Source: a virus. Taken from it: a stretch of DNA of 64,000 nucleotides. The position numbers and the translations under genes were made by a program. Under the pieces are notes generated by a model. The model did not search any database and had not been told where the DNA came from. It was given only the letters and a program-made list of their open reading frames with translations. The DNA lies in IMG/VR virus record IMGVR_UViG_3300028103_000009; one strand, 5' to 3'. Shown piece after piece: positions 1-10,600 of the stretch. Positions within the stretch are counted from its first letter, which is position 1, and each line of letters opens with the position of its first letter.

Positions 1-1083
1 TCCGTTGGCTTCTAATGGTTCAACAAACCCACTGCTAAGACCAATAGCGAATACATTGTTTTTCCATACATTTCTCATCGCACCTGGTTGATATTTTAGA
101 TTTGCTATAACATCTATTTTTTTATTAAATCTTTTTTCAGCTTCTTGGTGAGCTTGTTCTTTGCTGATAAGATCCGGATCAAAAATGTATCCGTTGCCAG
201 ATCGATGCTTGAGATTTATATTCCAAGACCAGCCATATTCCATAGCTGTAGCATTAGTGGTTACACAATAACAGGGTTCGTCCCACCAACCAATCACTTC
301 TCTTTGAGGAAAAGTATCAGTCATATCCACTAATGGTTCTTTTAAAACTTTTCCTAATAATAATCTTGCAAATCCAGAACAATCGAAAAACCAATCACCA
401 GTTACTTCTCTATCTCCGTCGAGTTTTAACGAAACGATATTTCCTCTTTCATCTTGTGAAGCTGAAAGAAACTCTCCTTCTATGTGATTAACACCACGTG
501 ATAATGCTGTCTTTTTAAAATATGCAGCCGAATCTCGAGATTCAAAATGCCACATAGGTATGCAAGGCAAAGAAGTTAGATCACCGCCGAAAGGAACTTT
601 CTGCTGTCTAATAAACTCTCCTGCAAAAAACGCTTTCCATAACGGTGTATTGTTTCCTAAAAGTGTTTTTAGGTACATGTTCTTGGCGCTTTCTTGCTTC
701 ATTATGTCTGACAGTTTGCGCATAGTAAGAGCGTCTAGCGGATTTGAGCCGATGTGATCAGTCCAACCGTCGAGCCAAGGTGCAAAATCAGTCTGCATAG
801 CATGTATAAACTCTGTACCTACACCGTTCCAGTCAGTGAACTTACCGCCCATCTTGGGAGTAGCATTTACATTTTTAATAAAATCATCGTCATCTATTTG
901 CAAATGACGCAAGAATGTTCGATGTGTAGTGCTGCCACTTTCCCCTGCAATAATAGGAGGACGCTTAGGATCTTCTATCAACGATACGTCGCAACGTGGC
1001 CAGTTTCGTTTTATAAAAAGAGCTGTGAGCCAACCTGCGCTACCACCGCCTAAGATGATTATCTTAGAACTTGTATTGTACAT
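1..1083 (-). CDS. Tryptophan halogenase-family flavin-dependent halogenase (3'-partial; absent from ORF track)
   Basis: Manual translation from ATG 1083: MYNTSSKIIILGGGSAGW...IIAGESGST...NATPKMGGKF...YGWSWNIN...GNGY...GLSSGFVEPLEANG; AAAGGA RBS; runs off the left edge. Confidence 0.85.
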   Translation of the reverse strand, partial: MYNTSSKIIILGGGSAGWLTALFIKRNWPRCDVSLIEDPKRPPIIAGESGSTTHRTFLRHLQIDDDDFIKNVNATPKMGGKFTDWNGVGTEFIHAMQTDFAPWLDGWTDHIGSNPLDALTMRKLSDIMKQESAKNMYLKTLLGNNTPLWKAFFAGEFIRQQKVPFGGDLTSLPCIPMWHFESRDSAAYFKKTALSRGVNHIEGEFLSASQDERGNIVSLKLDGDREVTGDWFFDCSGFARLLLGKVLKEPLVDMTDTFPQREVIGWWDEPCYCVTTNATAMEYGWSWNINLKHRSGNGYIFDPDLISKEQAHQEAEKRFNKKIDVIANLKYQPGAMRNVWKNNVFAIGLSSGFVEPLEANG

Positions 1084-2572
1084 TATCATTCCTTTGTTTT
1101 ATCATTTCGATAGCTTCTCTATGAGTATAGAATGTAGCATTTTGATCGTGCCATTTATCACCTTCGAATAATTCCTTTTGAATAACAGTATCATATCTAT
1201 TTTTCATATGTTCAGACCATTTTTTATTCAAGGATTCAGTGTCAAACATACCAAGTCCGTGCATTACCTGCATAAAGTTTAAATGTCTAAACAGGAGCAT
1301 TTCACTTTGAAAATAGTGAGTATGTACACCATGCTTTTTAAAGAATGACATATTCTCCCGATTAAAATCAGTGTACTTGATATTGTTATTAACCCACTGC
1401 CAAAACTCACTGTCGTTTCTCTTTGTAAAATAATGTAGCTGTATGAAATCGACTATGTTTTCTGCTATTTCAGACATCTGCTTATTATAGATCTCTTCAG
1501 CATGTGTATCGCCTTTCACATAATAATATAAACTGGGCAAGAGTAGGAAAGTCTGTTGGATAGTGGTACCCATACTAGATGCTTCTAGTGGTTCTACAAA
1601 TATCCCACTAAGCCCAGTCATTACACAGTTTTTTATCCAAAACTTTTCGACATGACCTGCACCAAACTTTATCTTTTTTCCTATTTCTATGTTGTCTGAG
1701 ATTCCTAGTTGTTTATAGTGTTGGCTAACCTCATCATAGGCTTTAGTTTCGTCAATAAAACTATCACAGAAAACATAACCGTTGCCAAACCTATCCTGGG
1801 TAGGAATACGCCATACCCACCCACTGCTCAGTGCCGTAGATTCTGTATAAGAAGGAATATGTTCTTGGTATGCTGTAGGAAATGCCAGCGCAGAATTTAA
1901 TGGTAGCTGATCAGTCTTATCTAGCCATTTGGCATCTAACTTGCTACCAATAATTCTTCTAAATCCTGAGCAATCAATAAAAAAATCAGCAGAATGTCTT
2001 TGACCATCGTTGCCGACGAGTTCGCTGACATATCCTTGTTCGTCTAAAACTACATCGTCAATCTTAGTATCAACTAGTTCTATTCCGCGTTCAGCGCACA
2101 GATCATGGAAATATTTGTTTAGTTTAAATGTATCAAAATGATACTGAGCTAGACTGTCATGCAATGGTTCGGAATGCATACTGTTCATGCTTTTTTTATA
2201 AACAGTGTCTAAAGGATCAAAGTTTTCAGCGATTAGCTTTTCCAGAGTATACGGAATGCCATTGAATCTACTGTGGGTTCCAAACTGCTCTGCCAGACTA
2301 TGGAAATAATGCTTGCCATCTCCGTTCCAGTTTGTAAACTTGATACCTATTTTAAAAGTTGCACCGGTATTGCGCATCATATCAAACACAGATATGTCTG
2401 CCTGTTTCATGAATCTTTTCCAATGCTCGGTACTGCCTTCTCCAACGCCAATGATTCCTAGTGCAGATGATTCAATCATAGTGATTTTTAAATCAGGCCA
2501 ACCGCTCTTCAGCATCAGGGCACTAATAAGACCGCTGGTTCCACCGCCTAAAATTATTAAAGATTTTATCAT
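1064..2572 (-). CDS. Tryptophan halogenase-family flavin-dependent halogenase
   Basis: GGGTSG FAD motif, IGVGEGS, ATFKIGIKF (catalytic Lys position), FIDCSGF, WVWRIP, FVEPLEAS. Confidence 0.9.
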   Translation of the reverse strand: MIKSLIILGGGTSGLISALMLKSGWPDLKITMIESSALGIIGVGEGSTEHWKRFMKQADISVFDMMRNTGATFKIGIKFTNWNGDGKHYFHSLAEQFGTHSRFNGIPYTLEKLIAENFDPLDTVYKKSMNSMHSEPLHDSLAQYHFDTFKLNKYFHDLCAERGIELVDTKIDDVVLDEQGYVSELVGNDGQRHSADFFIDCSGFRRIIGSKLDAKWLDKTDQLPLNSALAFPTAYQEHIPSYTESTALSSGWVWRIPTQDRFGNGYVFCDSFIDETKAYDEVSQHYKQLGISDNIEIGKKIKFGAGHVEKFWIKNCVMTGLSGIFVEPLEASSMGTTIQQTFLLLPSLYYYVKGDTHAEEIYNKQMSEIAENIVDFIQLHYFTKRNDSEFWQWVNNNIKYTDFNRENMSFFKKHGVHTHYFQSEMLLFRHLNFMQVMHGLGMFDTESLNKKWSEHMKNRYDTVIQKELFEGDKWHDQNATFYTHREAIEMIKQRNDNVQYKF

Positions 2573-4068
2573 AGTTTATATTCCACCGTATTGCTGACCA
2601 TCGCTTTGACTTTATTTACAGCTTCTCTACAGGTCAGCCAACCTTCTGTAGGTGTATTCTCGAATCTAGATAGATATTCTTCGTCGTCTTTTCTCAGGTA
2701 TCCGTATCTTTTTTCGAATAGATTTTTTATACTAGCGGTGTCAAACATGCGTAGACCGTGCATGACCTGTATCCAGTTTAGGCAATCATAGATCCTAAAG
2801 TTACTCATAAGACCGTCTTCAGGTAACAGTATTTGATTAACAAAGTTTTTCTTAAAGTTTTCTAGATTTTCTTTGTGAAAATCAGTCATGGTCATTTCAT
2901 TTTTGCACCAGCGCCAGAACTCTGTGTCATTGCGTTCGGTGAAATAGTGCAGTTGTATAAAATCGAGTATGTTTGACATCATATCGTCGACTGTGTGATT
3001 ATATTCTTTTATGCTAGACTGATCTTCTCGGGTCCAGTTCCATAGTGCGCCTGATAATAGTTGCAGTTGTTTTATGGTCGTAGATATACTAGAAGCTTCT
3101 AACGGCTCTACAAAGTTGCTGCTAAGACCTATGCTCACGCAGTTTTTAATCCATGCACGATTGACCTTACCTGATTTAAAGTTAATCTTGCGGCCTATCT
3201 TGATGGTATCCTTGAAGTGTTTTTGTATTTCAGACACTGCTTGGTCTTCAGTAATAAAATGATCGCTGAAAACATAACCGTTACCAAAACGATCCTGCAC
3301 AGGACTACGCCAATGCCAACCGCTGTTCATGGCTTTAGCGAGGGTGTAGGGGGGAATCTTTTCTTCATAGGACGTCTGGAAAGCTATAGCAGAGTTCAAT
3401 GGCAGGTATTTGCTCCAGTCGATCCATTCTGCTCCTAGGTCAGATGCTATAACTCTGTTGAATCCACTGCTGTCTATGAAAAAATCAGCAGCATATCTAT
3501 TACCTTGATCGTCAATCACAGACTCAACAAAGCCTTGTTGATCTAATATCGGTCCTTTGATTTCTGCATCTATGACTTTTATTCCCGAGATAGCACAACG
3601 ATCTCGCAGATAGTTATTGAGTTTTTCACTGTCAAAGTGGAACTGATAATAATCTGTCAGAGGTTCTCTGACATATCCTTGCATGGGAAGATCCCAATGC
3701 AAGTTTTCGCTGGAAACTCCGTCGCCTATGAGTCTCATCATAGAGTAAGCAGCACCTGAGTATCTATTCATATTGATTAAGTACTCAGGTAGACTATGAT
3801 AATAGCTGGTACCGTCACCATGCCAGTTTTCAAACTTAATGCCTACTTTTATTGTAGCTCCGCAGTGTACCATTAGATCGCCTATGGTGATTCCCACAGC
3901 CTGAGCGAATCTAGTCCAGTGTTCAGTACTGCCTTCGCCGACGCCGATAGTACCTATCTTTTTAGACTTGATAACAGTGATATCCATCTCAGGAAATGAA
4001 CTCTTGAGATATAATGCCGACATGTATCCGGCGTTTCCGCCTCCTAGTACAATAATATCATTGATCAT
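2569..4068 (-). CDS. Tryptophan halogenase-family flavin-dependent halogenase
   Basis: GGGNAG, IGVGEGS, ATIKVGIKF, WHWRSP, FVEPLEAS; paralogue of 1064..2572. Confidence 0.9.
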   Translation of the reverse strand: MINDIIVLGGGNAGYMSALYLKSSFPEMDITVIKSKKIGTIGVGEGSTEHWTRFAQAVGITIGDLMVHCGATIKVGIKFENWHGDGTSYYHSLPEYLINMNRYSGAAYSMMRLIGDGVSSENLHWDLPMQGYVREPLTDYYQFHFDSEKLNNYLRDRCAISGIKVIDAEIKGPILDQQGFVESVIDDQGNRYAADFFIDSSGFNRVIASDLGAEWIDWSKYLPLNSAIAFQTSYEEKIPPYTLAKAMNSGWHWRSPVQDRFGNGYVFSDHFITEDQAVSEIQKHFKDTIKIGRKINFKSGKVNRAWIKNCVSIGLSSNFVEPLEASSISTTIKQLQLLSGALWNWTREDQSSIKEYNHTVDDMMSNILDFIQLHYFTERNDTEFWRWCKNEMTMTDFHKENLENFKKNFVNQILLPEDGLMSNFRIYDCLNWIQVMHGLRMFDTASIKNLFEKRYGYLRKDDEEYLSRFENTPTEGWLTCREAVNKVKAMVSNTVEYKL

Positions 4069-4671
4069 TATTTTATGTCCAAGGTGATTTTCGAATCAGT
4101 AGCAAGATTATGATTGATCCGACCACTAGGAAATGTGTTAAAACTTATAATATATCGATCGTTGCTCAGTATGTGAGGCTCGCTCATATGATACAGCCAG
4201 CTAGGAAAAACTATTAACTTTCCTGGAGTGGCCACAGACCTATACCAAGGACTAAAATCATGTCTTAGTACTTCAAGTTCTGATTCAGTCCTATGCACTT
4301 CAGGATCTTCAAAGATAGTTGCGCTGCCTTCGGTCATGTAATAGACCGCACTGAACATGCTCATAGAATGTTTATGATAGTTTTGATACATGTTGTAACC
4401 GCTGAGTGCGACGTTGAACCAACTGTTTGTTATCACTATCTTGTCAGTCAAATTTCTGTGCCACACGTATTTCTTCTAGGCATGCATCGAACCAATCAAA
4501 CAGTTCTTTGAAATCTGCTTCTTTACGTAGATCGTATAGGATACTAATCGTGGTGGTTCTTTTTATTTCAGTGCCATTAAGCACTTTCATCTTTTCGATA
4601 AGGGCCTGATTATCGATAGATTTGTTTTCAAAAACGAAAACTTCTGTAGGAAAAAGCTGTAGTGTCTGCAT
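4068..4671 (-). pseudogene. 2OG-Fe(II) oxygenase-like gene (TIGR02466-type) split by a frameshift at ~4446
   Basis: N-terminal ORF 4444..4671 (LFPTEVF) plus C-terminal frame 4068..4466 (SWFN, HKHSMSMFSAVYY, FPSWLYH, RYIISFN) together match the intact paralogue 5308..5901. Confidence 0.7.
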
Positions 4672-5262
4672 TTATAGTTCAATCCAACCAGTGAGTAGAT
4701 ATTTTTCGCCGCTCAATGGTGGATTGCCTCTGTGTGTATGGGTGAAAGCCGCTGGCCATATGACTAGATTTCCCTGTATGCTAGGTATCCTAATGCCTTG
4801 ATACAGCCATTCTGTTTCGCCACCTTGATCTACAGTGTTTAGATAGCACCCCCAGGCAGCTATTCTGCCGGCACGATCCATGTTATCAGATTCAAAATGC
4901 CATTGATGATACCCTTCTCCGGGAAGAGTTTTTTGTAGCTTTATCATGCGTATGTGAAAATGTCCAACGTCATCTAAGATACTGTAATGTGATACGTACT
5001 CGCTCCAACAGGCCCATAGTCTATCAACAAAATACTTGATATAACCTGTATTTGCTGTTAGTCTTAGACTGTTTTCCTCTAAAAGAAAACTAGCTTTATC
5101 TTTTTTCTTATGTGCTATTCCGTCTCGAAGATCTAACCTGCTGTAACTGAGATTAAGATCTGCCATTCGATTATAATGATCGATGAGAGTTTGGCATTCT
5201 TCAGCTGTCAGAACGCCCTCGAATGTAGCTATATCTTTTTCCAGTTTCATAGGTATTGTCAT
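4672..5262 (-). CDS. 2OG-Fe(II) oxygenase, prolyl-4-hydroxylase-like
   Basis: GYHQWHFE, YLNTVDQGGET, WPAAFTHTHRGNPP..KYLLTGW. Confidence 0.85.
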   Translation of the reverse strand: MTIPMKLEKDIATFEGVLTAEECQTLIDHYNRMADLNLSYSRLDLRDGIAHKKKDKASFLLEENSLRLTANTGYIKYFVDRLWACWSEYVSHYSILDDVGHFHIRMIKLQKTLPGEGYHQWHFESDNMDRAGRIAAWGCYLNTVDQGGETEWLYQGIRIPSIQGNLVIWPAAFTHTHRGNPPLSGEKYLLTGWIEL

Positions 5263-5307
5263 CGTACAGTACTATATATCTAAGCAGATTATTACAAGAG
5301 ACTTATA

Positions 5308-5901
5308 ATGAATGTAGAAAAATCAATATGGCCGCTGTTTTCAAAACCAGTTTTTAGGACCGGAGTAGATGTATCGGGTGTGGATTTAACCAGCATAGAA
5401 TGGTTGCCAAACTACAATAACTGGATCAGTAAAGATCAAAATGTACTAGAAAAACCCGAGTTTGAAAAACTAGCTCAAGGAGTATACGACGGAATCTGCG
5501 AATACTTTTATGGTGTTATGCGAGCCAATCAACGTATAGAGATCGCTATCACTGAAAGTTGGTTTAATAAAACAGAAAAAGGTCAAATACATCACAGACA
5601 TTATCATCCCAACAGTGTGTTTTCTACAGTGCTTTATCTGCAAACTGAAGGGGAATCGGGTCAGACTAAGTTTATAACCAGCGAATACCAGTTACTGGAG
5701 TATGACATTGACGAATCCAACATCTATAACTCAAAGAGTTGGAGCCTTACACCTAAAGTCGGAGAAATGTTGATATTTCCTAGCAGCATGGAACATATGG
5801 TCACTGAATATCAAGGAAACGTTCCTCGTATTAGTCTGGCTGTAAACACTTTTATCAAAGGGCAGATCAACACCATGCCCTTGACCAAACTACATCTTTA
5901 A
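5308..5901 (+). CDS. Putative 2OG-Fe(II) oxygenase (TIGR02466-type)
   Basis: ESWFN, HHRHYHPNSVFSTVLYL, FPSSMEHMV, RISLAVN. Confidence 0.8.
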   Translation: MNVEKSIWPLFSKPVFRTGVDVSGVDLTSIEWLPNYNNWISKDQNVLEKPEFEKLAQGVYDGICEYFYGVMRANQRIEIAITESWFNKTEKGQIHHRHYHPNSVFSTVLYLQTEGESGQTKFITSEYQLLEYDIDESNIYNSKSWSLTPKVGEMLIFPSSMEHMVTEYQGNVPRISLAVNTFIKGQINTMPLTKLHL

Positions 5902-6728
5902 ATCTTATTTTTAGGATATTTTTTACGGAAGAAACTAAACAGATCCGTAATCACACGCATCTTATTTCCTACACTGTCTGATCTAGGAAATCTACTGTGA
6001 TTAGAAAAAGTATAGGCATCTTCTATTTCTTCCTCGACTGGTCCTGCAACATCAACAATAAAATCTACACCGTTTTGTTCTACTAGTTTTCTGCTAATAG
6101 GGACATATTGTACCAATGGAGTTCCGGCGCGAATCAGTGTATCGCCTTCTAGCACATGCCAAAACAGTTGTACGCTTACGGCATGCATGTACCTAGGATC
6201 AACGATTCCTGTAGCTGCTGTAAATCTAGCTTCGTTGTCATAACTAACAGGAATCTGCAATAGTAAAATGTCATCGCTGGCCTTTACACGCCATGGAGTT
6301 TCTACTTTTACAGCACTGTGTAGATGGGGGCGATCTGTGTTAGGTATTTCTTTAGGTATTAATGGTTCTGTCTGTGCAGGACTATGCCAGCTTACATAAT
6401 AATCAGTGCCGCCGAATGTATATTTGTCACTGTGCCGCTTAAACAAGAAAGGAGTTTCCCAGCTTAGGTGTTCGATGCTAGGACCTGTTTTGATGACAAA
6501 ATCTGCTGGAGCCCTAAGAACATACCCAGTTCTAGTTAGCTGCTTGATAGCCGGGCAGTTTAACACCGTTTGACGCCCTTGTTCTGGGCGGTTTCTTTCG
6601 GTATTTCCTAGCCCATTCCAATCTCTGTCTACTAGTTTAGACTGTGTGACTGGGTAGATCGCAGCAACATTCTGATCTAGACTATAGAATCTTACCCAGC
6701 TTTTTTTCTTTTTAAACAGATTAAACAT
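5898..6728 (-). CDS. Hypothetical phage protein (CP...GY / GTPL..Y.P type)
   Basis: ORF; start revised to ATG 6728 (MFNLFKKK), 5 nt after TAAATA. Confidence 0.6.
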   Translation of the reverse strand: MFNLFKKKKSWVRFYSLDQNVAAIYPVTQSKLVDRDWNGLGNTERNRPEQGRQTVLNCPAIKQLTRTGYVLRAPADFVIKTGPSIEHLSWETPFLFKRHSDKYTFGGTDYYVSWHSPAQTEPLIPKEIPNTDRPHLHSAVKVETPWRVKASDDILLLQIPVSYDNEARFTAATGIVDPRYMHAVSVQLFWHVLEGDTLIRAGTPLVQYVPISRKLVEQNGVDFIVDVAGPVEEEIEDAYTFSNHSRFPRSDSVGNKMRVITDLFSFFRKKYPKNKI

Positions 6729-6816
6729 ATGGATATTTACGCTTAAAAGGAGCTGATAACGCAGGTTCTGAAAAATTTCAAACTGATAAATAATAGGACG
6801 AGGACCATGTATAGCT

Positions 6817-7638
6817 ATGTCTACCAACAACTTTAACAGCATCAGATTACTTCCTAACTATGATATAACTACCTTAAATCGCAAGGTAGCCAGCAAGGGC
6901 GAAGTGTTTTTTGACCCTTCGACTGTTAGTATCAGAGTATTTGACGGCTTTGTAACGGGCGGGCATCAAATACTAAGGGCAGATCTTTCAAATCTAGAAA
7001 CAACGATTCCATCTAGTGCGTTGACTGGAAATATACCCAACAGCAAACTAGCAAACAGCACCGTGACTATCGGTAGCAATACGATATCTTTGGGGGGTTC
7101 TCTAACTTCTCTTTCTGGGCTATCATCGATTTCTGCAACAACAATATCTGGAACTTTTACAGGTAATATAACAGGTAATGTTACGGGTAACGTCACTGGC
7201 GGTACTTCAGGTACACATACAGGACCAGTAGTTGGAAATGTGCAGGGCAATGTAACAGGTAATGTTACAGGTAGTTTAACTGGTAATGCTGACACGGCAA
7301 CCAAGCTGGCCACTGCTAGGACGATTAATAACCAGTTGTTTGATGGCACAGCCAACATAGAAATAAATTCAAATGCGCAGGGGTTGACTGGAACTTTTAT
7401 AGCCAGCAACGTAGTAGGCTCAAGTCTTACCAGTGTTGGATCATTGGTATCATTAGATGTCGCAGGAAATGTAACGATCGCAGGCACAGTGTCTGCCACA
7501 GGAAATACAACATTCGGTGGTAGTGTGTCAGTAAGTGGAAACGTAGTTGTACCCACCAACCCAACAATAAGAACACACGCTACTAATAAAAATTATGTAG
7601 ATAAAAGAGCTGTCGCTATGGCAGTGGCGTTAAGCTAA
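6817..7638 (+). CDS. Tail fibre-like structural protein
   Basis: G-N-V-T repeats, GNADTATKLATARTIN fibre motif, HATNKNYVD motif. Confidence 0.7.
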   Translation: MSTNNFNSIRLLPNYDITTLNRKVASKGEVFFDPSTVSIRVFDGFVTGGHQILRADLSNLETTIPSSALTGNIPNSKLANSTVTIGSNTISLGGSLTSLSGLSSISATTISGTFTGNITGNVTGNVTGGTSGTHTGPVVGNVQGNVTGNVTGSLTGNADTATKLATARTINNQLFDGTANIEINSNAQGLTGTFIASNVVGSSLTSVGSLVSLDVAGNVTIAGTVSATGNTTFGGSVSVSGNVVVPTNPTIRTHATNKNYVDKRAVAMAVALS

Positions 7639-7658
7639 TATCTGAGGAAAAATAGTAA

Positions 7659-10600
7659 ATGGCAAAGAAACAGATTTCATATTTTAAGTTTACACCAGGA
7701 GCGGTACCTCCTGCCTACGGTCAATATCCAAATACCGTAGCGTTGTTGACGGCTAACAAATCATTCCTGATAGAGGAAATGAATGCCTACATCACACAAC
7801 AGATAGCCGCCAGCCAAGCACCATTTACTGGATACAGTTACACAACTACACGCCAAGCTAAATGTCGCAGAGACACAGGATACATCATAGATTCTATCAT
7901 ATATGATTTGACCTACGGCGGCAACTCAGCTAGCTATCAGATAGCTTCTAGATTTTATCTTAACAGTGCTATACAGATTCTAACACCTAGTGTTGAAGTG
8001 GCGACATATCAATGGTTGCTAGGAAAGATCGCAACTAATATTCTAACTAATACACCCTATACTAGATTAAACAACGTTAGTGGTGCTACACAGGTAACTA
8101 TCGCAGGCAACCCCGCAGAAGCTCTTGGTATCCACGGCACCAATGTATTGTTTAACATAACTATCAATGCTATAAACATAGGCCTTAGCAGTTTACCAAC
8201 AGTTGTTGCTCCAAATCCACAGAATGGTGGATTGGCTCCTAACACCGTTAAGTTATTAGATGATAATAAGAGATTCATCCAAGAAGAAGTCATCGCTTAT
8301 ATCGCCTATAACGTTGCCAATAATATAGCACCGTTTGCTTATTATACCTACAATGCAGCCAAGTGTCGCAGAGACATCAGCTATATGGTTGATGCCTATA
8401 TACACGATATAGCCAGCGGTGGTAATAATAAAACTGTAAACTATGCTTCAAAGTATTTTGAAAACGGCATCCCACAGGTAGATGGTGATCGTCAACCAGA
8501 AGTCTATGCTCATACATTCTTAAGAGATCTTGTAGAAAACTATATCCTTTCGAATGTTGCTTTTGCTGCTAGACAGACAGCAGTACCGCAGGTTATAGAA
8601 CCATCAGTGCCCGCAGAAGTATTTGGTGCTACGTTGGTGTCAACATTGGCTAACGGGCTGATTGACGTGCTAGTCAACGGTCTCACTGCTTTACCTACAA
8701 AGATTTCAAATCGTGGTTATGTCAAGTTTCCAGGATTCTACAAACAAAAAGATATTTTATTGATCACTAACACATCACGAAATGTTATCATGTATAACTT
8801 TAGTGATCCTGACACTGCTGCTGAAGTTACCTATGACGGATTTTACGATTCAGATTTTCCAGCAGCACTCTACGGCAATGAAAAAATAACCACCGTAACC
8901 TTTGACATTGACACATCTGGAATGATGGTCACCGATCAAATACAGATTTTTGTCGAAGGAAAAGAACAGATAGTCCATATGAATAACTCGTCTTCGGACG
9001 CTATGGAACGTGTTAAAGTTGGTATACCGCAGTCAATGCTTGACGCTGACTTTGAGTACGGACTTCAGCCAACTAAGTGGCAGACTATCTCTATGATGCG
9101 TAACTATCCAAGTGTGTACGAAATACCTGGTAGCGATCTTCCAGTCAGTAGCGTGGTTACAGATGCATCAGCAGGCACAGGAAATATTGGCAGCAGCTTG
9201 ATCACAGTAACTACCGTGGCTAATCACGGTTTCGCAGTTAACGATGTCTTTACCATCAAGGCTCTTGCAGCGTCAGTTAAAGGTTTCAGCCGTGCAGAAG
9301 GAACTTTCTTAGTAGCTTCTGTTCCTAGCTCAACTACATTTACCTATTATGCCAAATCAAGAGTAGGAACATCTAACCCAACGACACTGAGCCAAACATA
9401 TACTCAGCTACGCAAGGCAGGATTCTATACTGGTGCCTCAGTAGGAACACCAAGTTTCAATGTATATTCAAACGGTCAAAGTGGGACCGTAACCACTAGT
9501 CTTATCACAGCAAGTGGAGCCAGTATCATTGGTTTCACAGGCAGTGCTCCTCCTGCTGGTGCACCTATTACAGGAACCGGTATTCCTACAGGATCACAGA
9601 TTAGTTCTGTTGTAGGCAACGGTGGAACTGTTACAGCTACTACTTTGATCACGACAGCAGAGATTGGTGATAACACTATACAGGTCACTAACACATCTGG
9701 CATTACTCCTGGTCTTGTTATAGATCGAGGCGATGGTACTTCGGTAGCTGTTACTGATATTACATCTAATACTATTTTGTTAAGTGGACTGCTAACTTCG
9801 CAGATTAAAGGCACCAACGAAACATATGCAAACATTGTACAGTCAGCTACTAGCGGCAGTGGTAGTGGCGCAACATTTACTGTTTCAAGATTAGGTGCTA
9901 CATATCAAGCAGTTATAGGTAATAACACAGGAAACAGTTATGTTGCTAATGATACGATAACACTTCCGGGAACCAGCCTAGGAGGCACTTCACCAACTAA
10001 CAATGCTACCGTAACAGTTGTTACTGCTAATGATCTAAATATTCCGCAGGTATTAGGTGCTGTAACACCAGGTAGTGGGGGATATGTTGATGATGTAAAT
10101 GTTGCCACAGCCGGAGGCACAGGAACTGGTCTAACTGTCGATATCACTACAGACCTAGGCGGACTAGTATTGACCGCAGTTATTAATACTGCAGGTAAGG
10201 ACTATACGGCAGGCGATATCGTTACTATAACCGGTGGCAACGGCGATGCTACAGTTCAGATTGACACAGTTTCCCCAGGAGGTGAAATCTTAACATTCAC
10301 TATCGCAGGAACACCGATCACTGCACCAAATGTAACATTTATCAGTGCATTCACGATTAATGATTTTACCAGCACATCAATAGCTGATGCATCAACATTA
10401 AACTATACATCAATCAGCACACTTGAAGTTACTTTCCAAACACCACACGGATTTATTCCAGGTGATTCACTCACTATACAGATAACTAGCTCGGGATCTA
10501 ATGCTCAACTAGCAGCAGGCTCGTACTATGTTGAGCAGGTTCCAACCCCGACCACACTACGCTACACAGCGAGATCTCAAGGCACTATCGCTAACACATT

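Noticed and set aside
145-4609. Short plus-strand ORFs over the halogenase/oxygenase genes
   Set aside because: Antisense shadows of well-supported minus-strand CDSs; no RBS or motifs
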